Notes: generated by a model from the sequence alone, not told the origin. DNA of 64,000 nucleotides from Dehalococcoidia bacterium (GCA_965249065.1 CBDFLG010000002.1:2169960-2233959); one strand, 5' to 3'. Shown: positions 28,786-39,076, counted from the stretch's first letter. Numbers and translations are program-made.

Positions 28786-29005
28786 CGCTGCGGTCCCACT
28801 CGCCCTTGTTGACACTTACGCGCTTTCCCGCTACGCAAGTCACGCCGTCGTTGGATAGCAGATAAGGAGGGTCTGTCCAGATGCAATCTACGCTGTCCGG
28901 CGGCAGCGAGGCCATCACGGACAGGGCTTCCCCGCGATACAACGTGGATTGTCCGTCAACTGACTGCCAGACCACCTGCTCATTCGAAACGTTGCCGGGT
29001 GTCAT
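28775..29005 (-). pseudogene. truncated beta-class N6-adenine DNA methyltransferase (DpnB-like N-terminus)
   Basis: DCIWTDPPYLLSNDG...VSVNKGEWD then stop; target-recognition and SAM-binding regions absent. Confidence 0.82.
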
Positions 29006-29376
29006 CAAGCTAACCCCTCTGGTTTCAGGTTTCTGTTACGATAACGAACGTAGGCAGCTGAGTTGATTTCGTCAATCGCGGCCTGCCCTATCTTTCCGCT
29101 TTTCAGCCACTCAACGGCGTCTTTTACGATGATGCTCTCAAAGTATGCCAATTCTTCCTGCAAGCGGTCGCCCGGTTCAGCTCCGCGAATTGCCCGGTCT
29201 ACGGCATCATACAGAATACAGGTTTGCACTTCATCAAGTTCGCTTAGGCGATAAAATCCGCCTGTCGGCATATCTAGCCCGGACTGGTGGCCTAGCATCT
29301 CAATGACCGCCATCGCCACCGACTGCCGGGACGGATAAAGCAATACGGGTTGCCACTCTTGGTAAGGGTCAGCCAT
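29005..29376 (-). CDS. hypothetical protein coupled to the methyltransferase
   Basis: 123 aa; GGAG RBS; TGATG overlap with MTase start. Confidence 0.6.
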   Translation of the reverse strand: MADPYQEWQPVLLYPSRQSVAMAVIEMLGHQSGLDMPTGGFYRLSELDEVQTCILYDAVDRAIRGAEPGDRLQEELAYFESIIVKDAVEWLKSGKIGQAAIDEINSAAYVRYRNRNLKPEGLA

Positions 29377-29478
29377 TTCGGACTCTCCGGCTCGATTTGG
29401 CTGAGTATTACAGATCCCTTAACCGTTTCACAATGGCCTACTGTCAGCAGTTCAAGCCATCTGGGCCATACGCTTCCT

Positions 29479-29534
29479 GGCGAGCGGCGAGCGGCGAGCG
29501 GCGAGCGGCGAGCGGCGAGCGGCGAGCGGCGAGC
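29479..29534. repeat. heptamer tandem repeat (GGCGAGC)x8
   Basis: Perfect 8 copies counted. Confidence 0.95.
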
Positions 29535-29539
29535 GTAGC

Positions 29540-29924
29540 TTACCAGCCGAAGCGGTACCAATCCTGTTGCTGCCGTTGCCACTCCCACATCTGATTATCC
29601 AGGCTTTGCCTCTCAGATACGAATTGTGAACCAGATTTGCCCACACATCCGGGGAAACTTGGCCCCAAGGAGCCAGAATGCCCGCATGACGCTGGTCAAG
29701 AATTCCCCAAGCATTAAGGGCCGTCCAAAATTGATGCAATTCTCCGAAATCCCGGCGGTTATAAGTAACCAGTATTCGATCGGTTCTTGCCGCAATCAGT
29801 AGATGCTCTGGGTCAGACGCTGAGTGATTTCCCCAATCGTAGGCGTGAACCGCGTCATGGGAATGTCTCGTGAGAATATCCCTCACCTCACAGAGATATT
29901 CTCATCCAAGTAGAAGCGTGGCAT
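29540..29924 (-). pseudogene. DUF5615 PIN toxin with two single-base frameshifts
   Basis: MPRFYLDENIS / DRILVTYNRRDF / HAGIL in different frames. Confidence 0.78.
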
Positions 29925-30145
29925 CAATTGGCTATCTCATATAGCTTCCGCTCGATTTCTTCGGGGTTGTCCCTGTAGAAGGCCAGCGCCGCTTCCAGTT
30001 CCTCGAGAGTAAGCCACCCGGAATAGGACTTCAGAACCTTGTTCCTGTCTTTCTCGTAGGCGAAGTAGATGTTTATCACCGACCAAACCGGCATTCCCAT
30101 GCGCCGCATGATAGTCTTCCCGCGCACTCGGCGAGGATTTTCACC
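29924..30145 (-). pseudogene. DUF433 antitoxin, 5' end lost at the IS630 boundary
   Basis: GMPVWSVI...LTLEELEAALAFYRDNPEEIE. Confidence 0.75.
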
Positions 30146-31167
30146 TAAACCAAAGCCAAGGTGGGAAGTGCATTTGCCGTGCGCTGAGAATGGGTGTGGA
30201 GGACTAGCAAAAGGCTTTGGGCCCTTGATTGCAGGACGGTCCGGCAGCGCCGTTTCACCTCCTCCTTACGGCTGGCCAGCTCGGCAAGGAAATTGTTGAC
30301 CTTTTCCTGCACCAGGGCCTTGGTTCCCAAGCACAGGTTACCGGTGGCCTCCTCCCATTCCACATCGCCCATCTCCAAGCATACCGCCGAGTAGTAGCTG
30401 GCCTTCTCGCCACGGCGCGGGCTGGTCGAGTCCACCAAGGTCGGCTCTCCCTTCAGCACCCACTTGCCCCGCAGTTCGGCGTCCGCACGGAAGTGGGCCT
30501 CGTCGGCGAAGAATACCTTCGCTCCAGTACGCCGCGCCTCGTCCGAAAGGGTGGCGTATTCCACTACGAACGACTCCCGCTTCCTCTCGTCAGCTTTGAC
30601 CAGACGCTTCTTGGGACGCTTCAGCGCATATCCCAGCCGATGCAGCCAGCCGATGCAGATAGTTTAGGCAACTACTGCGGCTCAGGCCGATGCCGAAGCG
30701 TCCCGAGACATACTCATGGACCACTTCCAGTTCCAGTTGGCCATCTCGATGCCCGGCTCGGCGGGCAACTCCTGCGCCGCCGCCTTCAGTTCCCCCTGCT
30801 GCGCCTCGCCGAGGGCGGGGGGGACCCTCCGGACTGCTCGAAAATCAATGCCGCCGGACCGCCCTCGCCGAAGGCGGCAGCCCATCTGCCTATGGTGTGG
30901 GGATCCCGTCCCATAGCCTCTGCCGTAGCCGCGGCCGTCCAACTTTGGGCTAGCAGCCAGAGGGCGTGCCATCTTTCCCTCTCCCGGGGCGTGGGAGCCA
31001 GAATCATCCGCCTGTACAAATCCCTGGCATCCATTTCCCATTGTTCGAGGAACCGCTCCATTTCCCTCACACCCATCACCATCCCCTCTCTCACTACAGA
31101 ACAGGCTAACACAGTCTTCCACAACTCTACCCCATCCGCCTGCGCGTTTCACCTTGGCTTTGGTTTA
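30146..31167 (-). mobile_element. IS630-family element, decayed and internally deleted
   Basis: TIR TAAACCAAAGCCAAGGTG at both ends, each in a CTA/TAG context; HTH (RERERWHALWLL) and FFADEAHF DDE fragments. Confidence 0.85.
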
Positions 31168-32347
31168 GTATGAGTTTATCCGGCAGCTCATCAACTGCCT
31201 GGAGCGCTATGGCCAAAAGGTTCAGCGCAGCGTTCTCGTTCCGGTCGTGGCGTACGCCGCACCCTGGACAGGTCCAGTACAATTCCCGGTCCAGTTCGGC
31301 GTTGTGGCAGCCGCAAGCGGAACAGAGCTTGCTCGATGCGTAGAACCGGCCGGCCGGCACGATGATGGTTCCGTACCAGGGTCCCTTGTAGCGGATCTTC
31401 AGCAGCAGGCCCCCGATGGCGGCGTCCCGGATGGACCGGGCCTGATGCCGCAGCCGGTCCATGTTGGCCACGTTCAGGGTCTCAATGCAGAGGACGGCGA
31501 ACTTCTTGATCAGGTGGCAGCTGAGCTGATGGTGGGCGTTCTGCCGGAGGTTCACGATGTGCCGGTAAGCGGTGTTGACGCGCCTTTGTGCTTCGTGCCA
31601 GCCTCGGGAGCCGGGGGTGCGCCGGGCTGATGCCCGTTGGCAACGGGCCAGTTTAGACAGGTATAGGTAGAGAGCCTTGGGGTTCTCGTAGTGCACCAGC
31701 GCGCTGTCCACCGCCAGGGGGTTCTGGCCCACGTCCGCCGCGCCGAAGACGTGGGTCTTGTCCCCGGCAATGGCGGGCGGCTTCCAGTAATTCACGCTGG
31801 CGTACCATTCTCCGTTCTGTTTCTTGATCCTGACCTCGTAGGGGATTCCCTCCGGGAGTTCCCGTTTGAGTTTCACCGAGCCCAGACGGGGCAGCTTGAT
31901 CCGGTGATGTCCGTCGTACTTGACTGGGTCCACACCGGAGGCGGCGAGGAAGAATCCGGTGCCGTTGCGGTTTTTCTTCTTGAGGCGAGGCTTGCGGGCC
32001 TTGAGCTCGGGATTGCGCCAGTTCTCATAGGCGCGGCGGAAGTCTAGGCAGGCTCCCTGCGCCACGAACTTGCTCACCTCGGCAGCGTATTGCATCCCGA
32101 ACTTGGGCTGGCGCTTCAGCAGGTTGAAGGTCTTTTCCAATTCCATAGGGCTGGGCCATAGTCCGGCACCGTGGGCGCGGGCCAGCCGGTGGGTGGCGAC
32201 CATCTGGTTGAAGACGGAGCGGGCGATGCCGATGCTGCGGGCGGCGTAGCGTTCCTGCTTGGCCGTGAGGTCGACCGGAGCCACTATGCCAGCCTTGAGC
32301 CAGCCCTCGGGGCAGCTGGTTTTCTGGTACTTGCGCTTTTTGACCAT
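31127..32347 (-). CDS. tnpB: IS607-associated TnpB; C-terminus read into IS630
   Basis: RuvC-I ADVG, RuvC-II IETLNV, SSKLCSACG...CPGCG Zn finger, HDRNENAALN. Confidence 0.9.
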   Translation of the reverse strand: MVKKRKYQKTSCPEGWLKAGIVAPVDLTAKQERYAARSIGIARSVFNQMVATHRLARAHGAGLWPSPMELEKTFNLLKRQPKFGMQYAAEVSKFVAQGACLDFRRAYENWRNPELKARKPRLKKKNRNGTGFFLAASGVDPVKYDGHHRIKLPRLGSVKLKRELPEGIPYEVRIKKQNGEWYASVNYWKPPAIAGDKTHVFGAADVGQNPLAVDSALVHYENPKALYLYLSKLARCQRASARRTPGSRGWHEAQRRVNTAYRHIVNLRQNAHHQLSCHLIKKFAVLCIETLNVANMDRLRHQARSIRDAAIGGLLLKIRYKGPWYGTIIVPAGRFYASSKLCSACGCHNAELDRELYWTCPGCGVRHDRNENAALNLLAIALQAVDELPDKLILNQSQGETRRRMG

Positions 32348-32975
32348 AGTGTCTATTCCCGTATTGCGGCGAGGGCTTTCTTGGCCCGGTTGGCCGCGCT
32401 TCGCCGTCCGTAGAGACAGGCACAGAAGCAGGTCAGTATCTCCGTCATATCCCGGACCATATCGTCATTGATTTCTTTGTCTTCAACAATCAGGAGTCCA
32501 CCGCCACGGGCCTGCAGCATGGCTGCCACCATGCCGGTGCCGAATCTGGCCAGCCGGTCCCGGTGCTCAACCAAGATTGTCCCCACCTTGGGATCGGCCA
32601 GCAGGCGGAGCAGTTTGGGCCTCCGGCCGTTCAGGCCGCTGGCGACTTCTGACACTACCCGGTCCAATGTGATGCCGTTCTGTCCGGCATGGGCCCACAG
32701 ACGGTTGGCCTGTGGTTGCAACTGCGCTTTTTGGTCGTGGCTGGACACCCTGGCGTATCGCACGGTCAGCAAAGCTGGCTCTGCATCAGGCAGTATGATA
32801 TACCAGATACGTCCCACCTTCTCGACCTGGAGGTTGGGGGGCAACCGGTCCTCGTTGAGCATTCTCCAAGTGGATTGTGGATCGAGGCCGTACTGACGGC
32901 CCCAGTCGGTCAACCTGATGCGTCTGCCTATAATCATGAGTAAAAGTATAAAAACTATTAAGCGAGGGTGTGACA
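31168..32975 (-). mobile_element. IS607 element, right end lost
   Basis: tnpA-tnpB tandem; left boundary approximate. Confidence 0.75.
32353..32937 (-). CDS. tnpA: IS607 serine-recombinase transposase
   Basis: N-terminal HTH, YARVSSHDQK, EVASGLNGRRP, VEHRDRLARFG, LYGRRSA. Confidence 0.92.
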   Translation of the reverse strand: MIIGRRIRLTDWGRQYGLDPQSTWRMLNEDRLPPNLQVEKVGRIWYIILPDAEPALLTVRYARVSSHDQKAQLQPQANRLWAHAGQNGITLDRVVSEVASGLNGRRPKLLRLLADPKVGTILVEHRDRLARFGTGMVAAMLQARGGGLLIVEDKEINDDMVRDMTEILTCFCACLYGRRSAANRAKKALAAIRE

Positions 32976-32977
32976 AA

Positions 32978-33034
32978 TTCCCTCTCCCTCCGGGGGAGGG
33001 TTAGAGCCTGCCCTCGCGAAAGCGGGGGTGGGGC
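32978..33034. repeat. REP-like repeat with nested 22-bp hairpin insert
   Basis: Matches the 43118 copy except for inserted AGCCTGCCCTCGCGAAAGCGGG. Confidence 0.7.
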
Positions 33035-33334
33035 CGTCCCTCTGTGTTGGCAGGAATAAGGAATGCCGCCCCAACCTCCCCCGGGCCCATTCCACAGCGT
33101 TTTCGAAGTTGATCGTTCCACAAGAGGACGGATTACTTCACCAAGCTCGATGAAAATGACGGGGTTTTCCGTTTTCTGCGGTCAAAGGTTTATATTCGGT
33201 GCAAATTCTTGGTGGTATACTTTGGAAGTTGTCAGACGCTTGGTTCCATTCTTGAATGGCAGTCAGACCAAGTCGAAGAGAATGGAATTTGGCCGTGCCG
33301 TGACAGAGTTGAGTCACTCGAAGGGAGGTAAAAA

Positions 33335-33776
33335 ATGAGTACTCTGGAATGGTGGCCGGGATAATCGGCTCGGTGATTGCCCTTTTGCTTGGCATATACC
33401 TGGTTGCGGTCGGCGTCTTTGTCTTGAACGAGGCTGGCGATCCAGATGATTATGCCGTACTTTTCGATATGAATTCATACGAGGGTGTAGAAAGTGTTGT
33501 ATATGGCGGCAAAAGATGATAGCGACCGGGGTCATTGCCACAATAGCGGCTATCGCCGGGATTGTGGGGGCCTCGCTGGCTAATAGCCAAAACTTGGCGT
33601 CGTGGATTATCTTGCTCATAACGTCCGTCTTTGCCCTCCTCATCTTTATCCTTACCATCAGTTTTTGGTCAGAGGCCTATGCACTTTATCTTCTCTTCCT
33701 CTTGGCGACTATTATGATAGTGGCCGCAACCGTTTTGGTCTTCGTGGGCGGTTACATGGGACGTGGCGCTGCATGA
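33335..33776 (+). pseudogene. four-helix membrane protein (DUF4064-like), frameshifted
   Basis: GGAGG RBS; hydrophobic segments GIIGSVIALLLG... continue into 33516-33776 after an A-run shift. Confidence 0.55.
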
Positions 33777-33824
33777 TGTTGCCGCGCCTACGCCCTTACC
33801 CTGCCGCTCAGCGCCTTATAAGAG

Positions 33825-33850
33825 TTCCCTCTCCCTCCAGGGGGAGGGAG
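33825..33850. repeat. REP-like hairpin repeat
   Basis: TTCCCTCTCCCTCCAGGGGGAGGG. Confidence 0.6.
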
Positions 33851-34122
33851 AACTAAACGACCCTGGCCTTTCCGCGCCTCTACCGCTACTCCAAGCTGAT
33901 CGGAAATTCCAGTCTGGCGAAGTCGTCCCGGTTGACGTCGGTCTTCAGCGTAACTATCGCTTCCCCGGTGAGTATTTCCGCCAGTGTCAACAAGTCGCTG
34001 GCGTTGACGGCCTGCTAGGTCAGGGGCGCTGCAGCCGCCAATGAAGATGATAAACTGGCGTCATAGAGAACCGTCCCGGCGAATTTCCGAAGTCGCGTTG
34101 CAGAAACGCCGAAGGAGGCTTT

Positions 34123-35337
34123 ATGTCAACTCAAGTCCCGGAAATCAAAAACATGAAGCTCATCTCCCACGTCGATTTGAACGGGCACAACAATGTGGGC
34201 GAGGGAGTGGACCTGCACCAGACGGCCAGCGGGCGGCGCATCTTCTACATGGCCCACGAGAGCGCGCCCAAGGATTTCACCAGCGTCGACGTCACCGACT
34301 TGGCCAACCCCTGGGTGGCCGCCCAGACCGACCTGGACTACAACCACCTGCGCTCCAACTCGCTGTCCATTGTCGGAGACGCCATGCTGGTGGCCTACCA
34401 GTCGCGGGAGCACGGGCAGCCGGGCGCTGGCATGGGCGTCTACGACATCAGCAACCCGGAGGCCCCCAAACGCATCGCCTTTTACGACGCCCAGGGGCCG
34501 GGGTCGCGCGGTTGTCACTGCCTGTGGTGGGTTGACGGCCACTATGCACACCTGGCCACGGGTACGCCCGATTCCCGTCCCACCGATCCGAAGGACGACC
34601 AGTTCTACGTGATAATGGACGTGAAGGACCCGTCGAACCCCCGCGAGGCCGGTCGCTGGTGGCTGCCCGGCACCCAGGAAGGGGACGGCGCCCCGCCGCC
34701 GGCCCGGCATCCCCAGTTCGACGTCGGCCACAGCGTCCACAACACCAATGTCTACCCCAACCGCCCCGACCGGGCCTACTGCGGCTGGAAAGACTCGGGC
34801 GTCATCACGCTGGACATCTCCGACGTGTCCCGCCCGTCGGTGGCCGGACAACTGAATTACGCCCCACCGTTCCCAGGGTTCACCCACACTGTGCTGCCGC
34901 TGTTCAGCCGCGACCTGCTGGTGGTGACGCAGGAGGCCACCATGCTGGGGGGAGCGGACTACCCCAAGCTGGTGTGGCTGATGGACAACCGGTTGGAGAG
35001 CAACCCGGTAATAATCAGCACGCTGCCCATGGCCGACACCGACGACTTCTTCAACCGTCCCGGACGCTACGGGGCGCACAACATCCACGAAAACCGCCCG
35101 GGCCCCCTGTCCCTGCAATCGGACACCTTGGTGTACGCCACCTTTTTCAACGGGGGCATCCGGGTGTTCGACACCACCAATCCCTTCCGGCCCGAAGAGG
35201 TCGCCTACTTCGTGCCCCGGATACCCGACGGGGCTGACGCCAACGGCATCAACGATGTGCACGTGGACGAAAACGGCATCGTGTACGTGGTAGACCGGCT
35301 GCAGGGCGGACTGTACATCCTGGAACTGAACATTTAA
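34123..35337 (+). CDS. LVIVD-repeat beta-propeller protein
   Basis: Repeated (V/Y)DISNPxxP motifs; HNIHENRP, FFNGGIRVFD. Confidence 0.85.
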   Translation: MSTQVPEIKNMKLISHVDLNGHNNVGEGVDLHQTASGRRIFYMAHESAPKDFTSVDVTDLANPWVAAQTDLDYNHLRSNSLSIVGDAMLVAYQSREHGQPGAGMGVYDISNPEAPKRIAFYDAQGPGSRGCHCLWWVDGHYAHLATGTPDSRPTDPKDDQFYVIMDVKDPSNPREAGRWWLPGTQEGDGAPPPARHPQFDVGHSVHNTNVYPNRPDRAYCGWKDSGVITLDISDVSRPSVAGQLNYAPPFPGFTHTVLPLFSRDLLVVTQEATMLGGADYPKLVWLMDNRLESNPVIISTLPMADTDDFFNRPGRYGAHNIHENRPGPLSLQSDTLVYATFFNGGIRVFDTTNPFRPEEVAYFVPRIPDGADANGINDVHVDENGIVYVVDRLQGGLYILELNI

Positions 35338-35372
35338 CCGGGACGCCGTCAGATACTTGCAACGGGGACGTC

Positions 35373-36975
35373 ATGGCAACTTCCACGGCCAAAGCCGAAA
35401 CGGTCATCAGGAACGCTAATATCATCACCATGGACCCCAACCGGCCCCGCGCGCAAGCCGTTGCCATGAGCAACGGCCGCTTCATCGGCCTAGGCCGCAA
35501 CGAGGGCGTGGAGACGTTCATAGGCCCAAACGTGAAGGTGATGGACCTTGCGGGCAGTACGTGCTCCCCGGGTTCATCGACGCCCACATTCACGTATTGA
35601 ACAGCGGCATCCGCCACGCCATGGCCGCCGACTGCGACCTGCCCTCCATCACCGCCATCCAGACGGCCCTCCGGGAAAGGGTGGAGACCACCGCCCCGGG
35701 CCAGTGGGTGCAGGGCTTCAAGTTCGACGATACCAAGACTGCGGAGAACCGCTTCCTGTTCCGCGAAGACTTGGACGCGGTGAGCGCGTTCCATCCCATC
35801 ATGGTGGCCCACCGCGCGGGACACGTCTACTACCTCAACAGAGTGGCCCTCGAGGCCGCCGGGTTCACCAAGGACACCCCGGATCCTCCGGGCGGCCGAC
35901 TGGGGCCGGTACCCGGACACCGGGGAAGCTGAACGGGGTGGTCTACGAGCGGGCCATCGAGCACGTGCGCTTCGAACTCATCCCCTCGGACACGCCGGAG
36001 ACGCGGCGGGAAGGGCTGCGCACCATCTGCCGGATGCTGACCCGGGCCGGTCTCACCAGTGTCCACGACGCCAGGGTCGTCCGGGACGAGTTCGTCACGT
36101 ACCAAGAGGGGTGGGACGCCGGCGACCTGTCCCTCCGTGTGTACGCCCTGATGTATCACCCCCATTTCCCGTCGTTGCGGGAAGCGGGGCTGAAGACCGG
36201 CTTCGGCGACGAGATACTCCGCTTGGGAGGCATCAAGATGGTCGCCGATGGCGCCATCGCCGCGCGCACCGCCTACCTGTCGGAGCCTTATGCCGGCAGC
36301 GACTGCGACCACGGCATCCTGGCGATGACCGCCGAGGAAATCGAAGAGAACGTCATGGAGATGCACCGGGCCGGGTTCCAGGTGTGCATCCACGCCAACG
36401 GCGACCTGGCCGTTGACATGGTGCTGAACGCCTACGAGAAGGCGCAATCCGCCGACCCTCGTCCCAATCCCCGGCACCGGGTGGAGCACTGCACGCTGGT
36501 GAACCCGGATATTCTCGGCAAGATGCGTCGGCTGGGCACAATCGCCACTCCCTTTTGCACCTACGTCTACCACCACGGCGAGAAGATGCCCTTCTACGGG
36601 GAGGAACGCTTGCAGTGGATGTTCGCCCAGCGCTCATTCCTGGACTACGGTGTCGTTGGAACCGGGGCCACCGACTATCCCCCCGGCCCCTTCGAGCCGC
36701 TGCTGGGCATCCAGAGCTGCGTGACCCGCACCGACAGCCGGGGCAATGTGTGGGGCCCCAACCAGAAGGTGACCGTTGAGGAGGCACTGCGAATCTACAC
36801 CCGGCACAGCGCCTACGCTTCGTTTGAAGAGGGCCTCAAGGACTCCATCGAGGTGGGGAAGCTCGCCGACCTCGTGGCGCTGGGGGCAGACCCGGCGCAG
36901 GTGGACCCAATGACCATCAAGGACATCCAGGTGGAACAGACGATAGTCGGCGGCAAAACGGTGTACGAGGCCTAG
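35373..36975 (+). pseudogene. amidohydrolase 3 (YtcJ-like), frameshifted (possible sequencing error)
   Basis: PGFIDAHIH, KMVADG, IHANGD, HRVEH, GKLADLV across three frames; indels at G runs near 35559 and 35902-35925. Confidence 0.85.
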
Positions 36976-37069
36976 CCACCCGCAGACGGAGGCGCACGCA
37001 GAGAAAGAGGGAGCGGCCCGGCGGCCCTCTTTCTCTTCTTCAGGCTGAGTGGTTGACTACACTGCCAAC

Positions 37070-37966
37070 TCAGGCAGTATGTTTCTGGACGAATTGACCG
37101 CAGTGTTCGAGGGCTTGCCTGGCTTCGGGAAGGAAAGACGCGAAAGCCTGCCAGACGTGGGGCATGTCGTCCCATACTTCCAGCGTAACGTCCACGCCGG
37201 CTTCCTTGGCCCGGTCGGCTAACCGGAGCGAGTCGTCCAACAGGACCTCGGCGGTGCCCACCTGCACCAGCAACGGGGGCAACCCCCGCAGGTCGGCGTA
37301 ATAGGGAGATGCCAGGGGAGTGGTGCGGCTCCGGTCACCGAGGTAGGCCGCTGCCATGCCTTCGAGCATCTCCTTGTCGATGAGCGGGTCCACTTCCGCC
37401 TTGGTTGTGAAGGAGCCACCGGTGTGGGCCAGGTCGGTCCAGCCGGAATGGGATATTCCACCCGCTGGGAGAGGGTCGCCGAAGTACTTCAAGGCAACCA
37501 GCGTGGCCATAGTCAGACCGCCGCCGCACGAGTCCCCGCCTATGACGATGCGCCGGGGCGAGACTCCTTCCGCCAGCAGCCAGCGGTATGCCGCCACCGA
37601 GTCTTCGACCGCCGCCGGGAAGGGGTGTTCCGGGGCCAGCCGGTAATTGAGCCCCAGCACCCGGGCGCCGGACACCCGGGACAGGTAGGACAGCGGCGAC
37701 CGGTGGGTCCGCATTGAACCGATCATATAGCCCCCGCCGTGCAGATACATGACCACCCGGTCTTCAGCCACCCCGGGAGTGGAAATCCACTCGGCGGAGA
37801 CGCCTCCCGCCCCCACCTGCTCGAAAACAGCGTCTTCGGGCAGTTCGAATTGGCCCGTGAACTGTTCGTACCAGACCCGGAACTCCTCGACAGTGGTGAA
37901 GGCCTGGGTCTCCGCCTTTCCGGCCCGGAACATGGCGATTGCCCGGTCCAACTCTGGTGAGGCCAT
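37070..37966 (-). CDS. alpha/beta hydrolase (HSL-family esterase/lactone hydrolase)
   Basis: HGGGY, YRLAPEHPFP, GDSCGG, DMPHVW. Confidence 0.9.
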   Translation of the reverse strand: MASPELDRAIAMFRAGKAETQAFTTVEEFRVWYEQFTGQFELPEDAVFEQVGAGGVSAEWISTPGVAEDRVVMYLHGGGYMIGSMRTHRSPLSYLSRVSGARVLGLNYRLAPEHPFPAAVEDSVAAYRWLLAEGVSPRRIVIGGDSCGGGLTMATLVALKYFGDPLPAGGISHSGWTDLAHTGGSFTTKAEVDPLIDKEMLEGMAAAYLGDRSRTTPLASPYYADLRGLPPLLVQVGTAEVLLDDSLRLADRAKEAGVDVTLEVWDDMPHVWQAFASFLPEARQALEHCGQFVQKHTA

Positions 37967-37980
37967 GATCGAACCTCCAT

Positions 37981-38010
37981 GGAAGAATTTGGAAGAATTT
38001 GGAAGAATTT
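37981..38010. repeat. decamer tandem repeat (GGAAGAATTT)x3
   Basis: Seen directly upstream of the hydrolase RBS. Confidence 0.85.
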
Positions 38011-38040
38011 CGCCGTGGCCAGGGAGCCATTTTATCCCGT

Positions 38041-39066
38041 TTATCCGGGCAACTCCGTGATTGAAATCCAGCAGGGCCCGCTGCCCAACGGGACAGTATC
38101 CGCCAGGGTCAAAGCCCCTGAGTCTTGCGCTACCCGGAAGATGGCCATTTGGCCCGAGTCCTGGCCAGCGGAATAAATGTGCCGGTCGTGAGGCCCCAGG
38201 CATAGCGCGTTGGGCCTGGGTTCGGAGGCAACGATGCCATTGGAGGCCAATTCTCCGGTGGCGGTGTCCACCGTATAACAGGCGATGCTGTCATGGCCCC
38301 GGTTTGGCGCGTACAGGAATCTTCCCGACGCGGCGATCTGTATCTGGGAGCAGGTGTTCCTCTCGGCAAACCCTTCGGGGGGAAGGGTGGTGATGGTCTG
38401 AAAGAGCGACAGCGTGCCCGCCGTGGTGTCCAGACGGTAGCCGCTCACGCTGCACCCCTGCTCGTTGGAGAAATAGAGGACGTCCAAGGAGGGATGAAAA
38501 CAGAAGTGGCGGGGTCCCAAGAACTCTTCCAGCTCCACCTTGGACGGTGAGTTGGGGCTGATATGGCCCGTATCCTGGTCGAACTTGAACTGCCAAATCT
38601 CGTTGGGGCCGTTTCCTGCGATGTGGGGAACGAAAGCGTAGCTGTTGGTCGGGTCGGTCTGCATTGCGTGGGCCCCGGTCGCCGTTTCCAGCCATTCGAC
38701 GGGCGGCTCTCCCACCGACCCGTCATCCCCTATGGGGTGCACTCCCACGCGCGCGCCCTGGTAATAGGACGACAGCACGAACCTGCCCCTGCGGTCAGTG
38801 GACACGTAGACCGGCCACCCTTCCAGCGGCACCGCCCCTGTCTGCGTGAGGCCCCCGCCGGACTGGTCAATCCGGAAGCTGGTCAACTGCGGGGTGTCCC
38901 GGGTGCCGGCATACAGGTGATTGCGGTCGGGACTGATTGCCAGGGTGAACGGCCCGCCGGCAACCGCCACATCGTCCCGATGGGTGATTCCTCCGCTATC
39001 TGGGTCCACGTTGAAGACCGATATTTTGTTGTCCCCTTGCACGGCAACATACATATACCAAGGCAT
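38041..39066 (-). CDS. lactonase family (6-phosphogluconolactonase Pgl-like)
   Basis: GPRHFCFHP, SNE, NRGHDSIA, PRP. Confidence 0.88.
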   Translation of the reverse strand: MPWYMYVAVQGDNKISVFNVDPDSGGITHRDDVAVAGGPFTLAISPDRNHLYAGTRDTPQLTSFRIDQSGGGLTQTGAVPLEGWPVYVSTDRRGRFVLSSYYQGARVGVHPIGDDGSVGEPPVEWLETATGAHAMQTDPTNSYAFVPHIAGNGPNEIWQFKFDQDTGHISPNSPSKVELEEFLGPRHFCFHPSLDVLYFSNEQGCSVSGYRLDTTAGTLSLFQTITTLPPEGFAERNTCSQIQIAASGRFLYAPNRGHDSIACYTVDTATGELASNGIVASEPRPNALCLGPHDRHIYSAGQDSGQMAIFRVAQDSGALTLADTVPLGSGPCWISITELPG

Positions 39067-39076
39067 AGCTTCCTCC

